The notes below the pieces were generated by a model. The model worked only from the letters and a program-made list of their open reading frames with translations, was not told the origin of the DNA and searched no databases. 64,000 nt of DNA from a virus: positions 32,001 through 96,000 of IMG/VR virus record IMGVR_UViG_3300045988_158973; one strand, given 5' to 3'. This document shows, piece after piece, positions 25,942 through 33,471 of the stretch (position 1 is the first letter of the stretch; the number at the start of each line of letters is the position of its first letter). A program made the position numbers and the translations under genes.

Positions 25942-25951
25942 ATAACGTTGG
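25942..25951 (-). promoter_or_regulatory. CCAACGTTAT motif copy
   Basis: Perfect 10-mer on the coding strand, 34 nt upstream of ATG 25907. Confidence 0.35.
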
Positions 25952-25957
25952 CGGTTG

Positions 25958-26626
25958 TTACTTGGCGCACTTAAATTCGAAGAACTCGTTACCGCGTCGC
26001 CGTGTCTTTTTCTCCGCAGTAGGCAACGCACCGCCCACAGCCCTCAAACGCTGTACGCAGTAGCGGAAGTACCCAGCCGTGGCTTCAACGTCGTTCATCG
26101 CTCCGTGAGCGTCCGTAAGGGTGATTCCTGCGCGTTCACACGCGGCACCCAACGTCATTTTTTCATCACCCGTCAAGCCGTACATCATTTTCGAGAGATA
26201 CATCGTGTCCAGCGTCTGGTCTTGGATGTAGGTGAACAGGCTCTGCTTTTTGGCGTAAGACGAGTAATAGAACGCCGCTTCCAACATCCCGACGTCGAAC
26301 AACACGTTGTGACCAACGCCAACCAAACGCCGCTGGTCCTTATCCTTTACGTCACCGAAGTTCTGGGTACAAAACCGTCCAAATGCCTCAATAAACGCAT
26401 TCAGTTCCATACCGCGATTCACCTCGGCCATATTCACCATCGTTTTCTCGATGGCTGTCTTCGTTATTTGGAGACCATTGTACGGCTTTATGTAGGTCTC
26501 CCAGCGGTCTACCTCTTTCAGGGTATTGAAGTCCAGCACAACGGCTGCAAATTGCGTTATGGGGTTTTCTGAGGGGTCAAGGCCTCCGGTTTCGCAGTCG
26601 AATACCAAATAGTTACTTTTCTTCAT
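25958..26626 (-). CDS. DEDDh 3'-5' exonuclease (DnaQ/epsilon-like proofreading subunit)
   Basis: 222 aa. ExoI LVFDCETGG, ExoII VGHNVLFDVGML, ExoIII HGAMNDVEAT. Confidence 0.8.
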   Translation of the reverse strand: MKKSNYLVFDCETGGLDPSENPITQFAAVVLDFNTLKEVDRWETYIKPYNGLQITKTAIEKTMVNMAEVNRGMELNAFIEAFGRFCTQNFGDVKDKDQRRLVGVGHNVLFDVGMLEAAFYYSSYAKKQSLFTYIQDQTLDTMYLSKMMYGLTGDEKMTLGAACERAGITLTDAHGAMNDVEATAGYFRYCVQRLRAVGGALPTAEKKTRRRGNEFFEFKCAK

Positions 26627-26639
26627 CTTCGTTTTTACT

Positions 26640-27300
26640 TTACAAAGAAGAGACCGCCGCGGGAGCGCTTACGCAATCGGTTTAATGCCTTCTCCGACGT
26701 GGCGGCGGACATCTTTGATCTCCCGCGGCGGTTATCCGCGTTTCTCTCTTCTAAAAGAAACACCCAAGTTAACAAGAGCAGCGACCTATTGCGGTTCCCC
26801 TTTTGCCGGCCGGGCGTCCACTGGTAGTTAACCTTGGGTGTTAATTTCGTCAGGGAGTTAACGTGTCCCTGATTCTCACACGGTCTTCGGGACGATCCTC
26901 GGAGTTTACTTCAGGTTCATCACCCTGTATCACTCCTCTTTCTGGACGACGATCCAGCGAGTGTTCATTTTGCCGTGCTGCCACTCGTCAGCGCTGGTTG
27001 AGATGGAAGGATTCGAACCTCCAACGCGAGAACCAAAATCTCGTGTGTTACCATTACACCACACCTCAAAATGAGGGATCGGACTGCGGCGTCCGTTATA
27101 CTCTATCCCTCGGTTCGAGTCTGTCTCCTCCGCTCCGGCGCTCGCTATGGAGGAAGTCTGCGTTGCTGCCTTGGAGACAATTTGGTTGACCTTTTGGCCC
27201 GTTAGAAACTACAGAACGCCAACTGGAAAAGAACTACACTAACTGCTAAACCTCATTTCGTCACTTGGCATAAGTCGGCGTATCGCTCGTTTCAGGTAGT
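26640..27300 (-). ncRNA. Candidate large structured noncoding transcript enclosing tRNA-Gln
   Basis: No minus-strand ORF of 60 aa or more across 26627..27386. Bounded by the HU terminator plus a CCAACGTTAT motif (27301..27310) and the next ATG (26626). Many GC-rich helices, including two 13-bp long-range pairings (details in findings). Confidence 0.35.
26995..27068 (-). tRNA. tRNA-Gln (anticodon UUG), CCA encoded
   Basis: Hand-folded 74 nt: acceptor TGAGGTG/CATCTCA, D-arm GTGT-AATGGTA-ACAC, anticodon arm CGAGA-TTTTGGT-TCTCG (UUG), variable CGTT, T-arm GGAGG-TTCGAAT-CCTTC, discriminator A, CCA. Confidence 0.85.
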
Positions 27301-27310
27301 ATAACGTTGG
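27301..27310 (-). promoter_or_regulatory. CCAACGTTAT motif copy (heads the ORF-free region)
   Basis: Perfect 10-mer, 12 nt downstream of the HU terminator. Confidence 0.35.
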
Positions 27311-27322
27311 CGTGTAAGTAAC

Positions 27323-27358
27323 GAAAAATCCGTCAGGGCAAACCACCTCCCCGACGGA
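27323..27358 (-). terminator. Rho-independent terminator after the HU gene
   Basis: Minus strand TCCGTCGGGG-AGGTGGTTTG-CCCTGACGGA followed by TTTTTC. Confidence 0.6.
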
Positions 27359-27386
27359 CTGCGAAAGCAAACGTTGTTAGTTTGGG

Positions 27387-27683
27387 TTATTTCTTACCCT
27401 TTTTGGCAGTTTCGCCGTACACCCTGAAGGCGTGAGCCGCGCGGAACTGAACCGTGCGATACGGTTGAGCCTCGGCGATCTGTCCGGTGATGGGATTGCG
27501 TCTTACGTGAGCCGGAACGTCCTTCAGAGCAAACTTACCTACGCCGTTGAGCGTGATGGATTCACCCTTGTCGCGGACCTCCTCGGCAAGCACGACTTCG
27601 AAGGCGCGGACCAGTGCGATGGCCTGAGCCTTGGTGATGCCGGCTTTGTTGGCCAGCACGTTGTAAAAATCTTGCGTTTTCAT
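27387..27683 (-). CDS. hup: HU/IHF-family DNA-binding protein
   Basis: Trimmed to ATG 27683 (MKTQDFYNVLANKAGITKAQAIALV...). Beta-arm VRRNPITGQIAEAQPYRTVQFRA is typical of HU. Confidence 0.8.
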   Translation of the reverse strand: MKTQDFYNVLANKAGITKAQAIALVRAFEVVLAEEVRDKGESITLNGVGKFALKDVPAHVRRNPITGQIAEAQPYRTVQFRAAHAFRVYGETAKKGKK

Positions 27684-27721
27684 TTTACGATAATTTTGAT
27701 TGTTGATGATTATGGGGTTGT

Positions 27722-28201
27722 TTAGACCTTCGCTAAAACGATAGTGATGCCCAGTTCTACGAGTTGTTGACGTAATGAGTTCCACGCTTCGTCACGCGCT
27801 GCGGCGTTTACCCACCACTCGCTGATGTTATCACCTTCGGAGGCCATCGTGTCGTGGTTGATAACGATACCGAACTCGTACTGCATTGACGAGGAATTAT
27901 AGCGCTCTGCACGCTCTAACGAACGCACGGCGTACCACGGGACCACTGCGTCGCCTAACTCGATGAAAATGCCGTTCAAGCGCTTTTTCTGGGTAAAGGA
28001 TTCAGCCTGAGCCAAAAAGTCACTCAACGACAGATCGTAATCCACGCCATCGTCGGCGTTACGCTGGGCGTCGTAGGGGCGGGATTTTTCAGCCGCTGGT
28101 TTATCGCCAAACAGCGGTAGACCGTTGGCACCGCGGGGTATCTTATGAGCCTTGGAAGGCTGCTGTTGTTCGTCAATCTTTGACGTGTGGACCTTTACCA
28201 T
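27722..28201 (-). CDS. Hypothetical protein
   Basis: 159-aa ORF in the gene train. No motif recognised. Confidence 0.5.
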   Translation of the reverse strand: MVKVHTSKIDEQQQPSKAHKIPRGANGLPLFGDKPAAEKSRPYDAQRNADDGVDYDLSLSDFLAQAESFTQKKRLNGIFIELGDAVVPWYAVRSLERAERYNSSSMQYEFGIVINHDTMASEGDNISEWWVNAAARDEAWNSLRQQLVELGITIVLAKV

Positions 28202-28538
28202 CGTGTTTCACCATTTTGATGTACCCAGCCTTGGTCAGTTTGCGTATAGCGTTACGGTGATTCAAGGCTTGTAAATAAACGCAATCGGGGTTGTACTGAA
28301 CCTTCACTGCTCGACGCTGACGTGGGGCGCCAGTGGTGACGTCTAATTCCAACGTGGTTTCAGTACCAATCTCGCGACATTCTCCGGTCTTATAGTTGAA
28401 CTCATATAACCACATACCCGGTAGCCGAATGGCTGATCCAAGATAACGCTGCTCTTGCTTTTGGCGTTCTAACTGCTCGGTGCGAGTACGTTCGGTGTCA
28501 CGGCCTAAAACGGGGACAACGTGGAAGAATTCGCTCAT
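28173..28538 (-). CDS. Hypothetical protein
   Basis: 121-aa ORF. Overlaps both neighbours. Confidence 0.45.
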   Translation of the reverse strand: MSEFFHVVPVLGRDTERTRTEQLERQKQEQRYLGSAIRLPGMWLYEFNYKTGECREIGTETTLELDVTTGAPRQRRAVKVQYNPDCVYLQALNHRNAIRKLTKAGYIKMVKHDGKGPHVKD

Positions 28539-29080
28539 AACACATCAAGATTTTGGAGTCCTTGTGCCACGCCTTTCAACACTTCAGCCGTGAAGCGATG
28601 AATCAACGGCGTGTAAGTACCGTGTTGGCGCCAATAGGGAATTTCGCCTTCAACACCAACGTTGGCGATACGGCGTTTCTTCAACTGGAACCACAGCCAA
28701 CACTCTTCGTCGCCAGTCACCTTCACGTCCAGCAGGTATACCCAACCACCAAAGCATATTCTGGCGTCGTGGTTTGAAAGCACTTTGGCGCGTGAGGCCG
28801 TGATTTCGAGTTGAAGTTTCAAGCCCTCAACGGTGACGGTAAGGGTTCGCAGGTGTAGTTCATTGGCGTCACCCCAGTTGGCGTGAATTACTTCTGCTGG
28901 CGAAGGAAGGTTAATCACCGCTGTGGCGTAAACGTCTTGGTGAATTAAAGGCGCCAAGTCTTCGTCGTCGCGTAATTCAGGCATCCGTCGATGTAGTTCA
29001 TGTGTCACCGCTGTGCCAATAGCATCAGCCACACGGTCGGCGTAAAGCCATTCAACGAAGCGTTGGAAATATCGTTTCAT
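28535..29080 (-). CDS. Hypothetical protein
   Basis: 181-aa ORF. First gene after the unusual intergenic region. Confidence 0.5.
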   Translation of the reverse strand: MKRYFQRFVEWLYADRVADAIGTAVTHELHRRMPELRDDEDLAPLIHQDVYATAVINLPSPAEVIHANWGDANELHLRTLTVTVEGLKLQLEITASRAKVLSNHDARICFGGWVYLLDVKVTGDEECWLWFQLKKRRIANVGVEGEIPYWRQHGTYTPLIHRFTAEVLKGVAQGLQNLDVL

Positions 29081-29108
29081 TCTGGAGTGTTGTTTGTTTA
29101 CGGAGTGA

Positions 29109-29118
29109 ATAACGTTGG
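29109..29118 (-). promoter_or_regulatory. CCAACGTTAT motif copy (plus a degenerate second copy at 29126..29135)
   Basis: Perfect 10-mer 28 nt upstream of ATG 29080. Upstream neighbour CAATCGTTAT. Confidence 0.35.
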
Positions 29119-29150
29119 CTGTGAATAACGATTGCTGTTGGCGTGTTGGT

Positions 29151-29257
29151 CACGCGCGTATAGGCGCACGCGGGGTGGTACACACGTGTTCTCGCTGGGA
29201 TGTGTGTCGCGTATGCGTATGAGCGTGCGTAAGCACGTGAGCGCACATACGTGCGCG
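29151..29257. repeat. ~107-bp alternating purine-pyrimidine (CG/CA/TG) tract
   Basis: Perfect RY-alternating runs of 12 (cacgcgcgtata), 9, 10 (tacacacgtg), 8, 14 (cgcgtatgcgtatg), 9, 7 and 17 nt (gcgcacatacgtgcgcg). Confidence 0.8.
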
Positions 29258-29281
29258 AGGAGAGACGAAGTCTCTCGAAAG

Positions 29282-29311
29282 TATAAACACCAGTGTCTTT
29301 TGGTGTTTATA
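29282..29311. repeat. Perfect 11-bp inverted repeat
   Basis: tataaacacca-gtgtcttt-tggtgtttata. Preceded by a 7-bp hairpin gagagac-gaa-gtctctc at 29260..29276. Confidence 0.85.
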
Positions 29312-29327
29312 CCGGAAAAGCGGAGAA

Positions 29328-29394
29328 GGGGGATTATAGGGGGTTAAGGAGTAAAGGGGGTGAGGGGGAAGAGAACCATCGGGGGAAAAGGGGG
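29328..29394 (+). repeat. Six G5 runs in 67 nt (G-quadruplex-prone on plus strand, C-rich on transcript strand)
   Basis: GGGGG at 29328, 29339, 29356, 29364, 29381 and 29390. Confidence 0.8.
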
Positions 29395-29409
29395 AGGAGG
29401 CTGCCAACA

Positions 29410-29443
29410 GAAAAGCCGCCAAGGACCTAAATCCAAGGCGGCT
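29410..29443 (-). terminator. Rho-independent terminator after 29468..30454
   Basis: Minus strand AGCCGCCTTGGA-TTTAGG-TCCTTGGCGGCT (2x2 internal mismatch) followed by TTTTCTGTT. Confidence 0.55.
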
Positions 29444-29467
29444 AAAAGCGTCAACGCCAAAGCGTCG

Positions 29468-30454
29468 TTACGACACGGGTTTGCCCTTTGTGTCCATCAC
29501 CACGGCGGCTTCCTCGACCTTCTCGTCCAGATCGGCCACCGTAGGAGCGCTGCCGTCCTTGGGGATGACGATACGCGCCAGCCCTACCTTCTTCCCGAGC
29601 GACTTACCCAGCATCTCTGCCAAGGCCGCCATCGGGTTGTCTTCAAGGACTTCAGCAGGCTCTTCGTCGATGATACCGTGTTCGCGCTTGTATACCTCCG
29701 ACATGGCCAAAAAGCGCGTGTGGTACTCGTTGACGATCTCTTCAGCGTCGTGCTGGAGATAGCCTTCGTCGGCCAACGTGGCCAACACTTCAGGGTTGAT
29801 AGCCACCAGGCGTTCGACGATGAACGTTCCAACGCCAAACACGTTCACCAACAGCAGGCCGTCGGTGCGGCGGTATACAGCACCCATGAGGTCGTTGTCG
29901 ACCATCACGAACTGGTTCTTCAGTTCGCGCGGATTCAGCGTGGGGACGTGGCGCATACATTCCTCAACGCCGATACCGCAGTGGCCGTAGCGGTTGTTAA
30001 CGATTTTCAGGACCGAGCGCTCGATCACCAGCCACTCAGCGTCCAACACCGGGCCGTACTTTTCGATGGCCTCAACACCAAGGGCGGTGAAGTGAAGCGT
30101 GTCGTCGTCAACGCACAACTCCAACAGCCCGGCGTCGCTACACTCGTACGACACGCGCTTGATTTCGCGAACGAAGTCTGCGCCGTCAGGGATAGGCATC
30201 ACGCGCCGCATCAGCAGGTTGGCGTCCAGCATCTGGCCAAGCCAGTTACGGACCTCGCTGTAAGGCACGGCCACTTCGTCAACACCCGTGAACGGCAGCG
30301 GGCCTTCGTCGACGTTAGGGATGAAGGGGCGGTCAGCGGCAGCAGCGGCGACGGCGTACAGGAACAGAACCTGCGTCTTGGTGATTGAGGCTTCGGCGTT
30401 GATGGCCAGCGGGGCGGTGGCGTTGAAAACGCTCGTGATAGTTTGATTTTCCAT
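29468..30454 (-). CDS. Hypothetical protein
   Basis: 328-aa ORF. No motif recognised. Confidence 0.55.
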   Translation of the reverse strand: MENQTITSVFNATAPLAINAEASITKTQVLFLYAVAAAAADRPFIPNVDEGPLPFTGVDEVAVPYSEVRNWLGQMLDANLLMRRVMPIPDGADFVREIKRVSYECSDAGLLELCVDDDTLHFTALGVEAIEKYGPVLDAEWLVIERSVLKIVNNRYGHCGIGVEECMRHVPTLNPRELKNQFVMVDNDLMGAVYRRTDGLLLVNVFGVGTFIVERLVAINPEVLATLADEGYLQHDAEEIVNEYHTRFLAMSEVYKREHGIIDEEPAEVLEDNPMAALAEMLGKSLGKKVGLARIVIPKDGSAPTVADLDEKVEEAAVVMDTKGKPVS

Positions 30455-30492
30455 TTTCGTTTTGCTATTTGGTGATTAAAAGGTTTGCGTTG

Positions 30493-30720
30493 TTATTTGG
30501 CCTCGTTCTCGAATGCCCTCAAAAGTTCACGGGTGTCGGCTATACGTTCACACAACCGCCTCACTTCTTCGTCGGTGGCGTTTTCCTTGGCGCGATTCAG
30601 CGACTTTACCTGCTCACGGTACAGCGCTACCTGTACACGGAGAGCCTCCTTGGAATGGTTTTTAGCGTAGTCACGGGCCGTAGCCATGGCCGTCGCACGA
30701 GTTACTCGATTAGGTGCCAT
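30493..30720 (-). CDS. Hypothetical small helical protein
   Basis: 75-aa ORF with charged coiled-coil-like composition. Confidence 0.45.
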   Translation of the reverse strand: MAPNRVTRATAMATARDYAKNHSKEALRVQVALYREQVKSLNRAKENATDEEVRRLCERIADTRELLRAFENEAK

Positions 30721-30739
30721 AATTCACGATATTAGGGGA

Positions 30740-31039
30740 TTAAACTTCGATTTCTATTTTCTCGAACATCACACGGTCGAGGTTGAAGTCACCGAATACA
30801 GTCGTCAGGGTGTACCACGCATCAGCCACTTCACGGCGTGTTAGGCGAGGGACCATGATGGCGGTGTGGAGGTTGGCGTTGATGGTTACGTTGGTCAGGA
30901 CGTTGGTGCCGGGTAACAACTCGCGAGCCGTTATCAACCGTCGCTCTTCCGTGCGAGCACGTTCGTAGACGGACATATCACGAAGGTCGCTGTTGGCGGT
31001 GGCGTTTACGACGTAGAGGTTGATGAAAGTAGGGTTCAT
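30740..31039 (-). CDS. Hypothetical protein
   Basis: 99-aa ORF. Confidence 0.45.
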   Translation of the reverse strand: MNPTFINLYVVNATANSDLRDMSVYERARTEERRLITARELLPGTNVLTNVTINANLHTAIMVPRLTRREVADAWYTLTTVFGDFNLDRVMFEKIEIEV

Positions 31040-31044
31040 CGCTT

Positions 31045-31872
31045 TTACCAGTTTTGGAGTTCGTATTGGTTGAACGCGGCTTCAAAGCCTTCAAGACCGA
31101 GTTCTTTTAGTTGAACGTTGGCAGTGCTGATGGCAGTCGCGATCTTAGCTGCGGCGGACCCGTATACCAGCAAGAGGTCTTTAAGCGATTTAAGACGACC
31201 TGCCAACAGCAACACCCCCATCCACGCATAGCGCACGACCTGGATATTCACGTCGTCGCACGAAAAACGTCCGTGATTGTCCACCGCTGTTACCAGCGTG
31301 GGCTCATCGTTACCACTCACGCCACGGTCGATGTAGAACGTCAGCGCCGACTTTTCAACGATTTCGCCTTTAGCGTCGGCCAACCCAAACGTCACGGAGT
31401 TCTCGGTGAAACGTGCCACGCGCCAGTCTTCGCAGTTGCGGTGCTCTTCAACGAACTTATTCAACTGGGCGAGGAACGTTTTGTTTTGGCGGTCCAGTTC
31501 GGCGTTGTTGTGATTGATGGTGTTGAGCAATTCTTCTTGGCGTGCCCTCCCCTCCGGCGACCGGAGATAGGTGTCTTGGAGGTGGAAGCGCAGCCAACGC
31601 TCACGCGCTTCGCGGAACAGGCACTCCATATTCTTCAGGTAATCGACCATGTAGCGCTTCGTGTGTTGGTACTCGCCGGGCTTGAACGAGTTACCACCCA
31701 TCGTTTGGAAGGCGAGGTCGTATGCCTTTTGAGCCTTGAACGACGGCTCGGGGTTGGTGCCGGTGCGGCGGGCTTCAGCCTCGCACCAATCTTCGCGGCG
31801 CTTGAATACGTCGATAATGGCGTCCATCACCTCTTCCTTGGTCTTGAACTGGTTGATAAGGTACGTTTTCAT
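31045..31872 (-). CDS. Hypothetical protein
   Basis: 275-aa ORF. Confidence 0.55.
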   Translation of the reverse strand: MKTYLINQFKTKEEVMDAIIDVFKRREDWCEAEARRTGTNPEPSFKAQKAYDLAFQTMGGNSFKPGEYQHTKRYMVDYLKNMECLFREARERWLRFHLQDTYLRSPEGRARQEELLNTINHNNAELDRQNKTFLAQLNKFVEEHRNCEDWRVARFTENSVTFGLADAKGEIVEKSALTFYIDRGVSGNDEPTLVTAVDNHGRFSCDDVNIQVVRYAWMGVLLLAGRLKSLKDLLLVYGSAAAKIATAISTANVQLKELGLEGFEAAFNQYELQNW

Positions 31873-31873
31873 G

Positions 31874-32803
31874 TTATTTCTTATCGTTAAATTGTTTAAT
31901 TGCTTCTACGACCTTGGCGAACTCGTCGGCGGTAAAGTAAACACGTTTACAAATCGTGTCACCCGTGCCGTAAATCAGTTCTACATAGCGTTCGTCGTTG
32001 ACCGACGGTGCGCTAACCGTAGCGAAGGCGCCGTTGGGGTGTTCTTCGTCCGGAGTTTCTTTTACTACTACCGGATAGTGAGGATTCAATTCACAGAACA
32101 CTCCAGCGGATTCCCCAGTGAGGTGTACGACGCGGACGGAATTCGGGAACTGCTGTACGACCTGATACTCACGCTGGTTGATATTTGAATACACGCGACT
32201 GCCTACAGCCACCTCGCCGAGCGGTTGCTCGTGGTCGGTGATGAGCGTAACACCGATGGCTACTGCTGATTTGCCGGCTGACGGGAAATTGGTTCTGAAG
32301 GTGTCGAGAGCCTCATCGAGAGCTGGCTTTTCAACGGCCGCAATCGTTACACGGCCTAAATACTTACCGTTTTTGTCGGCGAACTGGAACGTGTAGAGGT
32401 TGAGTTCTTCATCCGTTTCCGGTTCTTCTGGGGTCTTGGCCCACTCCAGCCACGCTTTATTCCAAGACGAGCGGATGAACAGCATATCACCCGAGCCGTC
32501 ACCCCACCAGTCGTTGCAGTGCGATAACTGAGCGCCGTATCGATTCCGATTAGCCGGGCACAGTTTAGCGTAAATCGAGCGGAACATCGTAGCCACGACA
32601 CGACCAGCAAAGTGCTTACCCTCGCGGGCGTCGTTCGTGCAGTAGCCCCAAGCACCAACGGTTTCAATCTTGCCGTGCCCGTCGAGGAACTCGGAGTCGG
32701 TATCTCCCCAACCTCCATAGAGGAAGGTGTCTTTCAGGAGCTGGCGCTCTTCAGCGGTCAATACGCTTACGATAGTGCGGATGTTTTCGATAGAAGGTTT
32801 CAT
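31874..32803 (-). CDS. Hypothetical protein
   Basis: Trimmed to ATG 32803 (MKPSIENI), because 32804..32857 is the promoter iii leader. Confidence 0.55.
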   Translation of the reverse strand: MKPSIENIRTIVSVLTAEERQLLKDTFLYGGWGDTDSEFLDGHGKIETVGAWGYCTNDAREGKHFAGRVVATMFRSIYAKLCPANRNRYGAQLSHCNDWWGDGSGDMLFIRSSWNKAWLEWAKTPEEPETDEELNLYTFQFADKNGKYLGRVTIAAVEKPALDEALDTFRTNFPSAGKSAVAIGVTLITDHEQPLGEVAVGSRVYSNINQREYQVVQQFPNSVRVVHLTGESAGVFCELNPHYPVVVKETPDEEHPNGAFATVSAPSVNDERYVELIYGTGDTICKRVYFTADEFAKVVEAIKQFNDKK

Positions 32804-32831
32804 AATTCCAAGTGTTTTAGTTTCATTTCCA

Positions 32832-32872
32832 CTACAAAGGTACGGCGAATCTGCCAAACAGCCAAGAGAATT
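32832..32872 (-). promoter_or_regulatory. Conserved Bacteroidota-type promoter, copy iii
   Basis: Minus strand CTCTTGGCTGTTTGGCAGATTCGCCGTACCTTTGTAGTGG: TTG, 20 nt, TACCTTTG. Confidence 0.6.
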
Positions 32873-32973
32873 ACGAAATATTTTTCAAAGATTTTTCCAA
32901 ATCGTCGTTTCACTAACACCACAGCGAATATAGCGTCATCAACAATAACGCCAACACAACACCAAACCCCGCC

Positions 32974-33012
32974 AAATAAACGAGGTTGACGATCACCCGG
33001 ACCACCAACCTC
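32974..33012 (-). terminator. Possible terminator after 33035..33460
   Basis: Minus strand GAGGTTG-17 nt loop-CAACCTC followed by GTTTATTT. Confidence 0.35.
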
Positions 33013-33034
33013 ACCATCCATATCAATACTCGTT

Positions 33035-33460
33035 TCACGGCTTGAAAAGCATTTTGTTACACCGCCGACACCGTAACAGCACACGGGGGAGGTAGCGGTG
33101 CTCGTACGCACCGCGCATAAAGATTCTCGCCTGTGAGTACGTCAACGCGATTTCTTCGCCACACTCACACGTCAGCGTGATACGCGCAGTGTACTTACCC
33201 TCGCCAGCCGTTTCATCCAAATACAAGCGGTCAGGATATTCGCTACACTCCAACACTCCGTTGGCGTTACGCTTCCACGCTCTCACGCGCTCTTTTCCAA
33301 ACCCCATATCCATCGTGATGGCGTACCCTGACGTGTTGGCCAAGAACTCTGGCGTGAGTATTATCTGCGTGGTGTCGTCGGCTGTTTTGACGGTATAGCA
33401 CCCCCAACGACGCATTTCGTCATTCAGACGCGGGTCGTCATAATTTCGTTCTTCAGTCAT
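33035..33460 (-). CDS. Hypothetical protein with C-terminal zinc-ribbon-like cysteines
   Basis: 141 aa. TCECGEE...RCRRCNK. Confidence 0.5.
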   Translation of the reverse strand: MTEERNYDDPRLNDEMRRWGCYTVKTADDTTQIILTPEFLANTSGYAITMDMGFGKERVRAWKRNANGVLECSEYPDRLYLDETAGEGKYTARITLTCECGEEIALTYSQARIFMRGAYEHRYLPRVLLRCRRCNKMLFKP

Positions 33461-33471
33461 ATTTCACGATT

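Noticed and set aside
27112-27121. GGTTCGAGTC on the plus strand, which looks like a tRNA T-loop and would imply a second, convergent tRNA
   Set aside because: The flanking 5-mers CTCGG and CTGTC cannot form a T-stem, and no acceptor or anticodon arms can be drawn. On the minus strand the segment is part of the structured leader of tRNA-Gln.
26863-27189. 108-aa plus-strand ORF across the noncoding region
   Set aside because: It overlaps the tRNA on the opposite strand, lies in an otherwise structured GC-rich RNA region, and is on the wrong strand for this genome.
29052-29422. Minus-strand ORFs 29052..29246 and 29150..29422 in the 29.1-29.5 kb intergenic region
   Set aside because: They translate the alternating RY tract and the C-rich tract into low-complexity peptides (HTHTRHT, PPHPLY). 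They overlap each other and the terminator. They are more likely noncoding.
29360-30388. 342-aa plus-strand ORF. Similar long plus ORFs lie at 802..1440, 2059..2880, 4326..5084, 11809..12459, 13386..14057, 14148..14768, 18951..19631, 20839..21546, 25955..26572, 31111..31890, 46740..47750, 49863..50918, 50402..51535, 52095..52685 and 59277..60029
   Set aside because: All lie antisense to well-supported minus-strand genes and have low-complexity or Val/Leu/Gly/Arg-rich composition. None forms an operon. They are treated as shadow ORFs.
32800-33111. 103-aa minus ORF, and likewise 60637..60828 (63 aa)
   Set aside because: Both span a terminator or intergenic segment plus a conserved promoter and leader. 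Only their last 8-12 codons (the mini-ORFs) may be translated.
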